Position numbers and translations under genes: made by a program. DNA of 64,000 nucleotides from Octopus vulgaris. Lineage: Eukaryota. Below the pieces are notes generated by a model. That model worked only from the letters and a program-made list of their open reading frames with translations. It was not told where the DNA came from and did no database searches. Below are positions 51,181-64,000 of the stretch, one piece after another; the first letter of the stretch is position 1, and each line of letters opens with the position of its first letter. The stretch spans positions 71,424,001-71,488,000 of the forward strand of contig OX597825.1 in the NCBI GenBank assembly GCA_951406725.2, given 5' to 3'.

Positions 51181-53524
51181 ATCTCAAAGAAAGCAATGTT
51201 CTGGCATGAAAAGCTCCGAATACCAAACATTATAGGAAGTACACAGCTGGCAGCAATACTTGGAACAACACATGTATTGAGGAAAGTACTACATCTCTAA
51301 GCTGTGGGATGGAGCTGTGACATGACATTGGTAAAGGAAATAAAAAAGAATATGAACTATTATTATTATTATTATTACTACTACTATTACTATTTTTAAC
51401 ATATTTTGAAGAATAGGTTAGATAGATGAAACCAGTACTTGACAAGACATAGATAAGGGAAATAAAAAAGAATATGAACTATTATTATTATTTTTATTGT
51501 TATTACTACTATTTTTAACATATTTTGAAAAATGGGTTAGATAGATGAAATCAGTCCCGTACTTATTAGTCCCAGTAGAATGAGAAGCATAGACATCTTT
51601 GGCAGGATTTGAACTGCTATTGTAAAGAGCTGGAACGAATATCACAAAACCTTTTGTTAAATGTTTTACTGAGTCCACCAATCAATAGCCCTTGATATTT
51701 TAACATTGGCACAAGATCGAAAATATGGGGAAGGGTCTAGACAATTATATCAATCCTACTATATGACTGGTTCTTTATTTCATCAACCCCAAAAGGATGA
51801 GCAGAAAAGTTGACCTTGTTAGGGATTTGAATGTAGAACAAATAACCTTTCAGGACTTGTGCCTTATATTATATAGGCACAAGAACTGAAATTTTAAGTG
51901 GGAATGGGTGAGTCAACGACATCAATGCCAGTGCTTGACCGGTATTTGTTTCGCTAACTCGGGAAGGACAAAAGGCAAAGTTAACTTAGGCAGAATTTGA
52001 ACTCAGAATGTAAAGATATTAAAAGTCAATAAGCATTTTCTTTAGCATGTTAACAACTCTGCCAGCTTGCCACCATCAGAAAGTTAATAATAATAATAAT
52101 AATAATTGATGAAAATCAGTTGCCGGCAAGGTGTTAATTTTAAAAAATTTATATCTAGTAAAAGTTAAAATATATATTTTCTGATATGTCAGTCAATAAA
52201 TAAAGCATGTTAGCAACAACAACAACATCAACAACGACAATAACCAATTTTAGTTGTCCCAAAAGGTTTATTTTTATTTATTTATTTAAGTAAAAGCTTT
52301 TTTTTTTATTTATTTATAAGAAAAGAGAAACTTGAAGAAAAAAAGAAAAAAAAGCAGGAAACAAATTTTTTAATGTAAAAAAAAAAAGGAGAAAATGGTT
52401 AATTTTTGTTTATTTGTTTTTAAAAGATGATAAAAAATAAAAGAATAAGAGTTTGTTACAAAGGCTGAGAGATTTTAGTGGGTGATGGGGAAATATGGGA
52501 AGTAGTGATATTCATGCCTTTCAAGGTCATTAGTGATGTAAATGAAGTGAAATAGTTCCAACCGGGAATCAAAATTGGGCAACGGTTTCAGCAAATACCC
52601 TCTCTACTCTATGCTGGTTCTCACTAGAAAATAAAGAATAATAATAATAATAATAATGATAATAATGGCTTCAAATTTTGGCACAGGGCCAGCAGTTTTT
52701 AAAGGGTAGGGCAAGTCGATTACATCGACCCCAGTGCTAAACTGGTACTTATTTTATCGACCCCGAAAGGATGAAAGGCAAAGTAGACCTCGGTGGAATT
52801 TGAACTCAGAATGTAGCGACGGGTGAAATACCGCTAAGCATTTCGTCTGGCATGCTAACAGTTCTGCCAGGTTGCCACCTTTACAATAATAATAGTAATA
52901 ATAATAGTAATAGTAATAATAATAATGATGATGACAATGATGATTTCTTGCATGGTGTAGGGCTACAAACACTTTTTGAAGAGAGGGGAGAGAAATAAGT
53001 GTATAGTCCATTGGATCAACCCCAGTACATGACTGGTATGTATTTTGTTGACCTTGAGAGGACAAAAGTCTAAGTCAGCCATGGCAGGATTTGAAGATGT
53101 AACATAAAGTGGCATGATTAAAATACCGCAAGGCATTTTGTCTGACACTCTACCAACCTAATAATAATAATAATAATAATAATAATGATCATAGTTTCTT
53201 TCATTTTTGTCAAAGGTGCCAAGCCACAAACCCTGGGAAGGGGAACAGTTGATAAAACCATCTCCAATATTTGAACTCAGAATGTAAAGGTATGTAATTA
53301 GATACAACTATTTGGTTCAGTAATTTAGCATTCTAATAATAATTGTTTCTAATTTCAGGACAAGGCCAGCAATTTTATGGGGAAATGGTTAATTGGTTGC
53401 ATGGCACCCCCAGCACTTGACTGTAACTTTTATTGACAACAGATGGATAAACGACGTAACTAACCTGTCAAGATTTGAATCTAAAATACAAAGAACTGGA
53501 ATAAATACAGCAAATAAATATACC

Positions 53525-53742
53525 TATTTCAAGGGGCTAAACACAGAACAAACAAGGACAGACAAACGGATTAAATTGATTATGTTGACCCCAGTGCGTA
53601 ACTGGTACTTATTTAATCAACCCTGAAAGGATGAAAGGCAAAGTTGACCTCGGCGGAATTTGAACTCAGAACATAGCGGCAGATGAAATAACGCTAAGTA
53701 TTTCGCCCGGCGTGCTAACGTTTCTGCCAGCTCGCTGCCCTC
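53525..53742 (-). mobile_element. SINE family B (many further (ATT)n-tailed relatives, e.g. 4104-4318, 13045-13255, 15440-15631, 42852-43066, 44835-45047, 52670-52881, 54270-54471)
   Basis: 18-bp TSD acagcaaataaatatacc (53507-53524, 53743-53760). Confidence 0.85.
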
Positions 53743-53794
53743 ACAGCAAATAAATATACCTTCTAATGATTCTGAAAAGTAGTTGTCTTTTAGC

Positions 53795-54155
53795 TTTGTT
53801 TCAGCTATTAGACTGTGGCCATGCTGGGGCACAGACTTGAAGAATTTCAGTCAAATGAATCAACTCCAGTATTTGTTTTTTAAAGCTTGGTACTTATTCT
53901 ATTGTTCTCTTTTGCCAAACTGCTACGTTACGGGGACATAAACACACCAACACCAGTTGTCAAGTGGTGGTGGTGGGGGAACAAAAAGATACAAAGACAC
54001 ACACATATACATGACGGGCTTCTTTCAGTTTCCATCTACCTAATCCACTTGCAAAGCTTTGGTCAGCCTGAGAAGACACTTGCCCAAGATACCATGCAGT
54101 GGGACTGAACACGGAACCATATGCTTGGGAAGCAAGCTTCTTACCACACAGCCAC
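53795..54155 (-). mobile_element. SINE family A, diverged (other partial copies at ~10805-10995, 27460-27600, 28540-28690)
   Basis: Similar to family A head and tail blocks. Confidence 0.7.
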
Positions 54156-54471
54156 ATCATTAACCTGAAATTGGCAGGATTTCAATTTAGAATGGAAAGA
54201 ACCAGAAGTGTTTTCTCTAATACTTTTGATTCTGTCAATCCAACACCTTAATAATAATAATAATAATAAACCTTTCTACTAAAGGCACAAAGCCCAAAAT
54301 CTTAGAGGAGGGGATTAGTCAACTCCAGTGTTTCTCTAGTAATTAATATATCGACCCCAAAAGGATGAAAAGCAAAGTTGGCCTTGGTAGAATTTGAACT
54401 CAGAATGTAAGGGTTGATAAAAATGCTGTTAAGCATTTTGCTTGGCATGCTAACGATTCTGCCAGCTCACC

Positions 54472-54506
<35 letters not shown>

Positions 54507-55106
54507 AATAATAATAATAATAATAATCCTTCCAGCTAGAGGCACAAGGCTTGCATTGTGTGTGTGTGTGTGTGCTCATCGATTACATTGACTCCAATGT
54601 TCAACTTTATTGACCCTGAAAGGATGAAAGGCGAAGTCAACCTTTGCAACATTTGAACTCAATAATAACAGAATCACCCCTTCAATAGATGGAAAGGAAA
54701 AAAAAGACATATGGTCAATTCTTGTAGGAAATGCCAGAAACAGTTGATAAAGTTAAAATCTGGGAATGTCCAGCGTACTAATGATTCTACCTGCATGCAG
54801 CCTTAAATAATAATAATAATAATGATGATGAGAACTGTGAAAGTTGTGCCTATAATAATTGGTGTGTTGGGAACAGTAAGCTAAGGTATAGGTAAATGGC
54901 TGAAGAAGACTGGAAAAGAATGCCCTGTAGAGCTCCTACAGAAAGTGTGTCTCTTAGGGACAGCAAGGATTATCAGGAGGGTTCTAAGCACTTGAAAGAC
55001 TACTAAAAACTTGTGGATACCTCGGGTTACAAGGTAGCAACCCGCTACCTATATAAATCCTACCAGGAATAAGACCAAACCTAAGTCAAACCAAATGATG
55101 ATGATG

Positions 55107-55139
<33 letters not shown>

Positions 55140-56390
55140 TTTCGTTTTACTATAGGCACATGAGAGAGGGAGTTAGTCAATAACATTGCCTCCAGTGCTT
55201 AACTGGCACTTAATTTTAGTGATCCCAAAAGAATGAAAGTCGATCTCAGTGGAATTTGAACTTAGAAGATAATGGTTTCTTATTTAGACATAAGGCTAGC
55301 AGTTTTATTTTTTTTTTAAGATTGAGGAGTCAGTCAATATTATCGTCTCCAGTACTTGACTGATATTTTATTTTACTGAACCTGGAGGGAAGCAAGGTTA
55401 AGTTGATTTCAGCAGGATTTGATATCAGAGCACAGAGAAGAATTAGAATATCCCATCCTGTAGACATTCTATTGCATATCCTGAGACCCTACCAATTTGT
55501 TGCCATGGTACCCTGATAACTCTAGAAGGAAAAAAAAACCCAACAAAAAACAAAACAAAAACACCAAGCGAAAACATAAAACAGCTGAAAATTAATATCA
55601 AAAAACTTAAGCAGCAAAATTTACACTCCACTATTCCTTCACTGGTTTCAATAACTAACTGTGGCACCTACTATAAGGGTGGTTAGTTTATTACCAAGAC
55701 GGTAAACCTATACCATCAACTAGCTTAACATCACTGCTTGATCTTTATGTAGCCTTAGCATACTTCACCTCATTGCAACTATTTGGACAAGATGTCTAGT
55801 GTCTGGAGGTGATTTCTTCCCCCGGGTATTGTTCTTAGCTCTACAACTAAATGGTTAAAAAATTTTTCAAAAATCTTTCCAGTACTTTGATTGTTATTAA
55901 TTGAGCTGGTTGGGGAAAAAGGACTAACCAGAATATGATCAAACACCACAAGATATTTTTGTTCAATGAACCAACTCTAATATAACATAAAGGATAGGGA
56001 TCGGAAATCCAGGCACAGAACTTATTAACATTTTAATATAATCCAGATCTGCCTAACCATAGCAAATGAGAGGGAACATACAGAATCATTTACAATAAAT
56101 AACTAAACTACTTCACTGATTGAAATTTAAATCAATTAGTCCACATAACTGCTACACTAAAGGATACTAGGATACTTATCAAGCACACACACACACAAAC
56201 GTAAAGAAATAGGGATTTAGAATCCGAGCAGGTACATGATTAGCACCCTGATATAATCCAGATCTAGCTAACTACATTGAATGATAGGGAACATACAGAA
56301 TTGTTTAAGATAAACAATTACGTGCTACTTCACTCAATAGGTAAATCCTGAGTTTGTTTCACTGGATTTCATACAGTATAATACTGAGCA

Positions 56391-56700
56391 ATGTGGAGGT
56401 ACATGGCCTAGTGGTTAGAGCAGCAGACTCGCGGTCAGGGGACACGTGTTCGAATCTCAGACCAGGCGATGTGTGTGTTTATGAGCGAAACACCTAAGCT
56501 CCATGTGGTTCCGGCAGAAGGTAATGGCGAACTTCTGCTGACTCTTTCGCCACAACTTTCTCTCACTCTTTCCTCCTGCATCTTGCAGCTCACCTGCGAC
56601 GGACCGGCGTCCCGTCCAGGTGGGGAACCTATACGCCAAGGAAACTGGGAAACCGGCCCTTATGAGCCAGGCGTGGCTCGAGAAGGAACAAACAAAACAA
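56391..56700 (+). mobile_element. Full-length tRNA-derived SINE with (AAAC)n tail, family D
   Basis: A box TGGCCTAGTGG, B box GTTCGAATC, TSD a(t/c)actgagca. Confidence 0.85.
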
Positions 56701-56708
56701 ACACTGAG

Positions 56709-56991
56709 CAGTGGCAGACTGGCCAGGTTACCAGTTTGCCCAATGGCAAGTGGGCCCCTGCGCAATTAGAATCCATATATGGAGGCCCATCGCCTCAAGT
56801 TTGAGAATTTTTTATTCACTCATGGAAGAATGCATTAATTATTTCAGCCTGACTGTGTTTGCAGACAGTTGAAAAGAATACTTTTAACAAAAAAAAAAAA
56901 AATTTTTTTAAATTAAATTATAGCATTGTAGTTGGAGGTTGGCCCCCTTAGTCTCCTGGCAACCAATATTTTCAGACCCAGTCCACCACTG
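56709..56991. mobile_element. hAT-type MITE
   Basis: TIRs cagtggcagactgg / ccagtccaccactg; 8-bp TSD a(c/t)actgag. Confidence 0.75.
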
Positions 56992-57001
56992 ATACTGAGT
57001 A

Positions 57002-57311
57002 TATAATGAAAACATCATAAAGAAGAACGGAGAATTATACAACTTCAAAATTTGTTTATTACAGTGTTATTCCCATTAAATTCCAATCTGACACGTATTT
57101 CTGCTGCATAAGTTTCCTAATGTCTTTTGATGTAGCATTTATGTGCATTTAGTTGGTTCAGTTGCAACAGGAGTAATTTCTTGAACGAAGCTGCAATAGA
57201 TATGTCTACCCTGGATGAACATGTGAATTTAATGAGAATGATACTGTAATAAACATATTTTGAAGATGCGTTTATAATTCTCCTTCCTTTTTTTATGATG
57301 TCTTGATTATA
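57002..57311. repeat. Diverged fold-back element with ~85-bp arms
   Basis: tataatgaaaacatcataaa...cattaaattc is the reverse complement of gaatttaatg...tttatgatgtcttgattata. Confidence 0.75.
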
Positions 57312-57949
57312 AATCAGACTTGCACCCGATACAGTTATATGGTTATACCTGACTGATGGAAGCCTTAATACATAAATACATCACACACACACACTCAAGA
57401 ACATACACACACTCAAGAACATACACACTCTCAAGAACATACACACACTTATATAAATGTATAAGCATGCAGCCACACTAAATTTTCTTTTCAGTTTACA
57501 TGGCAGATTGACTCCACAAGTTGCCAATCAAAATTGAAATCATACAAATGAGGGAGAAATGCTTTTAATGATATCAATAATATCATCATCATTTAACGTC
57601 CGTTTTCCATGCTAGCATGGGTTGGACAATTTGACTGAAGACTGGCGAAACAGATGGCTGCACCAGGCTTCAATCTGATCTGGCAGAGTTTCTACATTTG
57701 GTTGCCTTTCCTAATGCCAACCACTCCGTGAGTGTAGTGGGTGCTTTTTACGTGCCACCAGCACAGGAGCCAGAGGAGGCTGACAAACGGCCACAATCGG
57801 TTGGTGCTTTTAGGTGTCACCGACACGGACGCCAGTCAGGTGGCGCTGGCATCAGCCACGTTCAGACGGTGCTTTTTACGTGTCACCAGCATAGAAGAAA
57901 AAACATAGCCCCCAGCACCAAACCACAAGAAAGAAAAAAAAACTATAAA

Positions 57950-58340
57950 AGCTCCCACAAGGCTGTGTACACCAAGGAATTGTACTAGAATAGATGATCA
58001 AAGGAAGATCAGTGTTGATCCAGAAGGACCAAGCCAAGGGTGTTGTGACCAGTAACTATTGTCTGATTGCTTGTTTACCTATGATGTGGAAGCTTTTAAC
58101 TGAAATTATAGGGAAAATTGTATGACCACCTTGAAAGAAATGAACTGCTAGCAAATAAACAGGGAGACTGCTGGAAGGGATCATGAAGAACAAAGACTCA
58201 GGCAATTTTGAGGAACTATTGGAGAAGGTTGACAAGCTTATCAATGGTCTGACTATAATGGATTGACTATAAGAAGGCATACAATATGGTCATCACTCAT
58301 AGATTCTAAAATGTCTGGAGATGGTTGAGGCAGCTAAAGA
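57950..58340 (+). repeat. Local duplicate of the decayed LINE segment 50629-51002
   Basis: ~390 bp of near-collinear identity from aagctcccacaaggctgtg to gaggcagctaaaga. Confidence 0.85.
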
Positions 58341-59079
58341 AAAAAATAAGATTAAAAGGAAACAATCATTCACTGTAACAGAAACATTGCGGGTGATAAA
58401 TCTAATGTTTCAAAGAGCTCTATTTCAAGGAAAAGTTGACAGGAGAGAAATTAACCATTTAGCATTCAGATTTCTTTGTCAAATGAATTGCTTATTTATT
58501 CACATTGTCTTGAATTAATCATGTAGTTCCAAGATATTAATGGTGCATTTGTATATTTTTAGAATGGCAATGTAGGATATGTGTGAGAGGTTGGATCTTG
58601 TCAGTTTTAACGTAAAACAGGTAGAATGTTTAGGCTGAATATAATACTAAAGGGTCAAAGTGAGACAGCAGAGTTTTACATCCTTTAAGTTTAATTTCTA
58701 CCAAGGTACTGTCAATTCGGATAGCTGGTCCTTTTGTTGGGTCGACATTTGGCAGAATCACTTTCTCCTATTCATTCTCTTCATTTAGCAACCTTTCATA
58801 GTGGCATCTCCAAGTCTCTCTCTTTGGTATATATATATATATATCTGTATGTAGATGTGTTTGAATGGAACCCAACACTCTGAACACTAGCTCTCATTAA
58901 AACGTGTGTAGTCCTGGTTGTAATCCTTAGACACTTTTCCTAAAGAATGTAGGTTTTATCAAAAGAAAGCAAGTAGTTTTTGTTTGAAATATGAGAGTTT
59001 GTAAATGGCAGGATCTAGCTGTATTTTTTTTTTCTGCTGATCTTTCTCTTCAAAAAAGGAGGAACAGCAGAACCCATGA

Positions 59080-59420
59080 TATTTGTTGACTCCATGGGGC
59101 TGGTAAGAACAGCATAGCTTATGTTTAGCTTAAATATCTGCCAGTCATTGCCAATAGGAAAAAATGTGAGATTCCAGAGGGCTGATGTTCTGGGGTGGAT
59201 GGATTGGGAAAAGTAGTTAATGCAGGACTTGTGAAAAGACAAGAGAGGAGATGAGTAGAATTGATGGATTTTGGAGGTGGTTGTGTGCAATTATTTTGAG
59301 GAGTACAGACCATTTTAGTTGTGGCAGAAGAGGTAGAGAGAGGTGATGGATGTTGTGGTGTGCAGGAAAAGTGAATGAAGCTTGGATTAATCTGTTGTCT
59401 GGGACATGAGATCTACTTTG
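59080..59420 (-). mobile_element. Old CR1/L2/Jockey-like LINE C-terminal fragment
   Basis: SQSIHPRTSALWN..FFP..NDWQIFK resembles the conserved SFFPRT...WNSLP...FK terminus. Confidence 0.5.
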
Positions 59421-61096
59421 CCATATTAAGTGGGTCAAGCAAGTACTGTATGCTAAAGTTTCCTCATTATCTCGTTAAGTTCATTATAGATAATGGTAGT
59501 AGCAATCAGTGCGTTACAGCATTAAACTCACACCTGTACTTAGTTGCTTAAATAAAGAAAACACCTTCGGAAAGTATATTGATGGATCCTTCCTGCAGCC
59601 AACCAAATACGAACCTTTGTAGTTAATAAGCTAGCTGGCTGGTAATTTACTAATTAGTTTCTTTTACAAAATATCACATTCACATACTTTACTAAGACAG
59701 CCTGAGAGAGGGGGAGAGAGAGAGAGAGAGAAGAGCAGAAATGAGAATATATGTAAGATGTATGTATAAGCTTCTCAATCTGTAAACCGGATGCCACATA
59801 TTCTTTTCTTATTGCAAAACATAAATTTCCAGAATGAATTGAAAAAAATTTATAATCTTTTTTTCATTATATGTTTCTAATTTTATTGATTTATAAATTA
59901 TGTCTGCTGTATTGACAAGGATCTAATAATGCAAACACTATTGTCCAAGTTGCTGTTGCGCTTGTGCAAATCCACTTTATGTAGGACAAATAGCTCCTGG
60001 GAGGCAACTGACTTATAATTGTTTAATCCCAGCTGAATACACAATGTTTCCAATGTGTCTTTCATTTTTCTAGACACAAGTATATCTAGGACTATATTAT
60101 AAACATGTCCTACTTTTTTGAGGGCAGTAGAATATGATCTTAAGCTGATTAGGTGTGAAAGCACGGGTGAAAAATTATTTGCCGTCATTTATCTTTGAAA
60201 CTGTTTGCTAAAGAAATCTCTAAAAATTCAAATGCTGTATGTATATCATTTTAATATTCACTTTCCCATGCTTATGCAGAGCTTATTGAGGTAAATTTTC
60301 TATGACTGTATGACCTTCCTGTTGCCAAGCCATACCTGTTTCCAAGTAAAGCAACATTGCTTAATGTCAGACAAATAAATAAACATGGAGTGCTCAATAC
60401 AAATTGCAGAGAAAGCTAGTTTTCCTCTGTGTTATACAGAATGTGGATCTTCAGGCGTGAAGATTGCAATGACATGAAATTCCAGTCATCAGACAAATTC
60501 TCAGCTTCAGTTTTAATAATAATAATAATAATAAAGATACAAACAACTACACTAATGTTTCATTCCTGTTGCTTGGTTATTGATTTCCAGACGATGGTAA
60601 GTCTTGAACACTGTCGACATTGCCAAATTCAATGGTACTGCTTAAGTGTCAAAACTATAGTGATATGTGTTAGGCAACTGATGATGGGAATGTATGTTTG
60701 ATATGCTTGTTTGCAAGTCTTTTAAACTTTGGGGCTCTCATCATTCTGAGTTGTCCTTCATTCTTATAAAGTTGAACAAGTTTTGGATTCATTAAATATA
60801 TTGACATTGCTTGATTGACTTCATGGATAATCTCATTTGGCTAGGACATGAATTAATGGTTTCTACTTTTGGGACATTTTGTGGCATATATATCTTGTGT
60901 GTACAGTTAGAAGTATGACTACTACTGTATGAGTTAGAGCTCCATGTAGACTATCATTATCCATTCAGCTTCCAGAGTAGTGCTTAGTTGACCACTGTAC
61001 TTAGCAATTACTAATTATGGTAGTGGGAAATCAAGATAAACTGAAGCATAAATTATTAGTTTGAAAAAAATATTTATATTTCCTAAATAGGATATA

Positions 61097-61128
<32 letters not shown>

Positions 61129-61762
61129 GATAGATAACAATATGACAGGCTTGCGGTGAGACTGAATCCAAGACCTCATGGTTGGCAAGCAAAATTTCTT
61201 AACCACACAGCTATTCTTCCTAGCTGTGCATTTGACAAAGACAGTTAACTGTGAAGGCATGTGGTCATCAAACTGTGTCAGATTACCACAAAGTGATTCA
61301 GACAGTTCCTTGTCATGCCCTCAATGTAAAACACTGAATCAATAATAAGTGTTTTGATCGGTATTTTTCTATTGGACTTAAATTCTCATATGCTGCTGCA
61401 GGAAAGACACCAGACAAAGCCATTTCAGTTTGTTCTTTGCTACAAAAGCAAATGTTTCAAGGGGGTGAGTCCCCAATGAGATATTATCATTGCAGGACAA
61501 AAAAAAAAAAGAGAGAAAAAAAATCATAAAATTAATCTCAAAATTGACTCCTGAAGTAAACACAAAATTTTTATTTTGACAAATATTAACCTATTTGCTG
61601 GTATGCAACAAGAAATGATGCTTCAGGTGCAATACTGAGATACACAAGGAAAGAGTTTGTTAACCTTTCTTAACCACACAACCACATCTGTGCTTATACA
61701 TATATATATATATATATTGCACACACACATATGCATCTCTCTCTCTCTATATATATATACAC

Positions 61763-62019
61763 ATTAGAAGAAATGAGGTACTCAGAAATCTGGATGGTTT
61801 TATATTTACAGATATTTATAAGTATGTTACATGTTTTTATAAATCATATATCATATATTAGCGCTTTCATCCACTCTAGTGGAGTTTTCAAATTGATATA
61901 TGATTTATAAAAACATGTATGATATGTTTGATATATGATTTATAAAAACATGTGACATACTAATAAATATCTGTAAATATAAAACCATCCAGATTTCTGA
62001 GTACCTCATTTCTTCTAAT
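61763..62019. repeat. Fold-back element in (TA)n
   Basis: ~90-bp inverted arms attagaagaaatgaggtactcagaaatctgg / ccagatttctgagtacctcatttcttctaat. Confidence 0.85.
61851..61900 (-). ncRNA. Degenerate hammerhead-like motif inside a fold-back element
   Basis: Minus strand TTGAAAA-c-TCCAC-taga-GTGGA-t-GAA-AGCGCT-A. Same architecture as 8901-8943 but with a mutated core. Confidence 0.4.
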
Positions 62020-62053
62020 ATATAATATCTGTACATCATCTCCAAACCTTCTA

Positions 62054-62101
<48 letters not shown>

Positions 62102-62271
62102 ATCATTCATACACAAAGATGTATAGAGAATTGTAGAACCTTAAAACAAAGATATTTGCATAGTGAGCTGTGTTAATGGCATCTCTCATGCATGGGGAAC
62201 AATGGTTAGAGAATTATGCAGTAGTAGTTGTAAAAGTAACAATATTAGGAGTTCTGTTAGTTCAAACTGAC

Positions 62272-62364
62272 GATGTGAGCTCACAATATTCTTTTGCTTT
62301 GTTAGCTCAGTGTTTTGTAACTTTCTGTTTGTGTTGCTGTGACTTCGTTTCGTTCTTATAGATT
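62272..62364 (-). CDS. Candidate exon, (K)SIRTKRSHSNTNRKLQNTELTKQKNI(VSSH)
   Basis: Acceptor actttacAG| at 62366-62365; open in the phase-1 frame left by the 37-nt exon. Two possible donors: GTGAGC (exon ends 62285) or GTCAGT (exon ends 62272). Confidence 0.35.
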
Positions 62365-62393
62365 CTGTAAAGTTGCTAGCTGAGGACATTTAA

Positions 62394-62612
62394 CCCTTTA
62401 GTGTTCAGATTATTCTATCAAACATAATGCTTATTGATTCCCATTGATTTGAATTAATCATGCATTTTCTCATATCTTCAAGATCTTGATGGTGTAATTA
62501 CTTAATGTAGAATAACATTGTAGGGTAGGTGTGAGGGCCTGGATCTGATCAGTTTGAACATAAAACAGATTAACTATTTTGGCCGGATATGGCCGGTTTA
62601 AATACTAAAGGG
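62394..62612. mobile_element. piggyBac-like MITE (older copies at ~43205-43428 and ~58453-58657)
   Basis: TTAA-CCCTTTAG...CTAAAGGG-TTAA; three related ~220-bp copies in the window. Confidence 0.8.
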
Positions 62613-62977
62613 TTAAGTGAAGTAATAAGAAGCTTAGAAACTTAAGTACATAACGAGCAACCAATCAATATCATTATCTCATGCAACATTTGGTATTTTC
62701 ATCTCATGCAACATTTGGTATTTTCATCTCATGCAAGAGTGATAAAAAAAAAATTAAAAAACAAAAATAACAACAAAAACAAACAAAAAAGACCCGGAAC
62801 TGCTCAAAACATTTTGTAATTAGAGATATATCAATATCCTTCAAAGGGATATTAAATCTATAAAGTAGAAAATTAAAAATGTGACCTGTGGCTTTCATGA
62901 TTTTCCACAACGGGTATTAGTAACACTAATGGAATAAAAATAACCAGAATACAATGAAAACTGAATGATGGACTTAC

Positions 62978-63014
62978 TTTTTCGTGAGTTTATCCTACCT
63001 TCTAGGTTACGATA
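62978..63014 (-). CDS. Candidate small exon (37 nt), YRNLEGRINSRK in phase 0/1
   Basis: Polypyrimidine acceptor tattttctgtttatAG| and consensus donor |GTAAGT in unique sequence. Confidence 0.5.
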
Positions 63015-64000
63015 CTATAAACAGAAAATATGCCTACAAGGGAACATTGTTCTTCCATTCTGAATGTAAGATATTTAGTCCCCATTTTAAAGAAAAGAAG
63101 GCACTTTTTTTAATGATAGGTAGATAGACAGATTGACTGATTAATTGATAGATAAAGGATAGATTTGCTTACTACACTGAGTGGACCAAAGAATTACAGA
63201 GAAGCACTTTCATTGGTTCATATATTTATTATTATTATTTTAAATATCACACGTTTCAAAAGATTGTTTCTTTTGGAAATTACATACAGTGTTAAGTAGG
63301 AAAAATAAAGAAGGAAAAATTCAAGTAAACCAGTTGAATTCTGGGAAAGAAAGAAAAACCAAGATTTCAAATTTTTATATATTTTAATACAAGGATTGAT
63401 AGAGCACCAAATTAAATGAAATATTTTTTAACACCACATGAAAATTAATTTTGTTCGTTTGCACTAATGATAGACAACAGCTGTTAATGTGATTGTCGTT
63501 GAAGGCTCTTGTTTTTTTTTCTCTTTTTGGATTGATAATGTGATCACTGAAATTCAAAGAAGGTTAACTGCAACATGTTACCATAAAAGATTGCATGGAA
63601 TTTGTAACTATACTAGGAGTAGTTATAGAAGTGCTAATTACATTACACATGTCAGACTATCATTTACCTGAACTACACAGATTTATAAATGTCTATCCTT
63701 CCTTTCAGACTTTTTAAGTTTTAATCTAATTAATTTGTTCATGGATATTGCATAGTTAAATACTCCCAGAAAGACTAGGCACTCCAAACCTTTCCAGGGC
63801 TGATAAAAAAAAAGTAATGCTTAATTTAGTGCTTGACTTGGAGATGTAATGATATTTTTTTATGACGCAGATACCTGTGGTACTATATCCACCTGGCATT
63901 CTGAATAACATAACGTAATCATCATTTTCAACCCTTGGACCTCATTGTCTTGTTTTCTAGGACTCCTAGCGCTGGCTATCTGGTTTTTGTTGTATATAAA

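Noticed and set aside
55700-55930. Possible Penelope-like ORF remnant
   Set aside because: Too decayed to recognise motifs reliably by eye.
63945-64000. + strand acceptor followed by GLLALAIWFLLYI (TM-like)
   Set aside because: Only 40 nt are visible, it conflicts with the minus-strand gene model, and it cannot be supported within the window.

Overview
AT-rich, microsatellite-dense eukaryotic DNA. The repeat families suggest an octopus genome (inference). Most of the window appears to be intron and 3' flank of one minus-strand protein-coding gene. Three phase-compatible exons give an acidic, Asn-rich C-terminus: 31646-31326, 11376-11331 and 9637-9591 (TGA stop). Two or three further candidate exons lie at 62.3-64 kb. 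The rest is mobile-element debris: several tRNA-derived SINE families, decayed RTE LINEs, R4/Dong-type restriction-endonuclease LINEs in (AAT)n tracts, a deleted mariner, pogo-, hAT-, piggyBac- and Merlin/MULE-like MITEs, and Helentron/Helitron-like elements. There is also a recent ~1.7-kb tandem duplication. Nearly all listed ORFs are microsatellite or repeat artefacts. The most interesting signals are: (1) at least five minimal type-I hammerhead-ribozyme-like motifs, mostly within (TA)n-embedded or fold-back elements typical of Penelope-like retroelements; (2) a non-coding ~550-bp retroposon found only in (AAT)n tracts; and (3) a SINE that repeatedly inserts at TACC, often inside its own older copies. 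All calls were read by eye; no searches were run.
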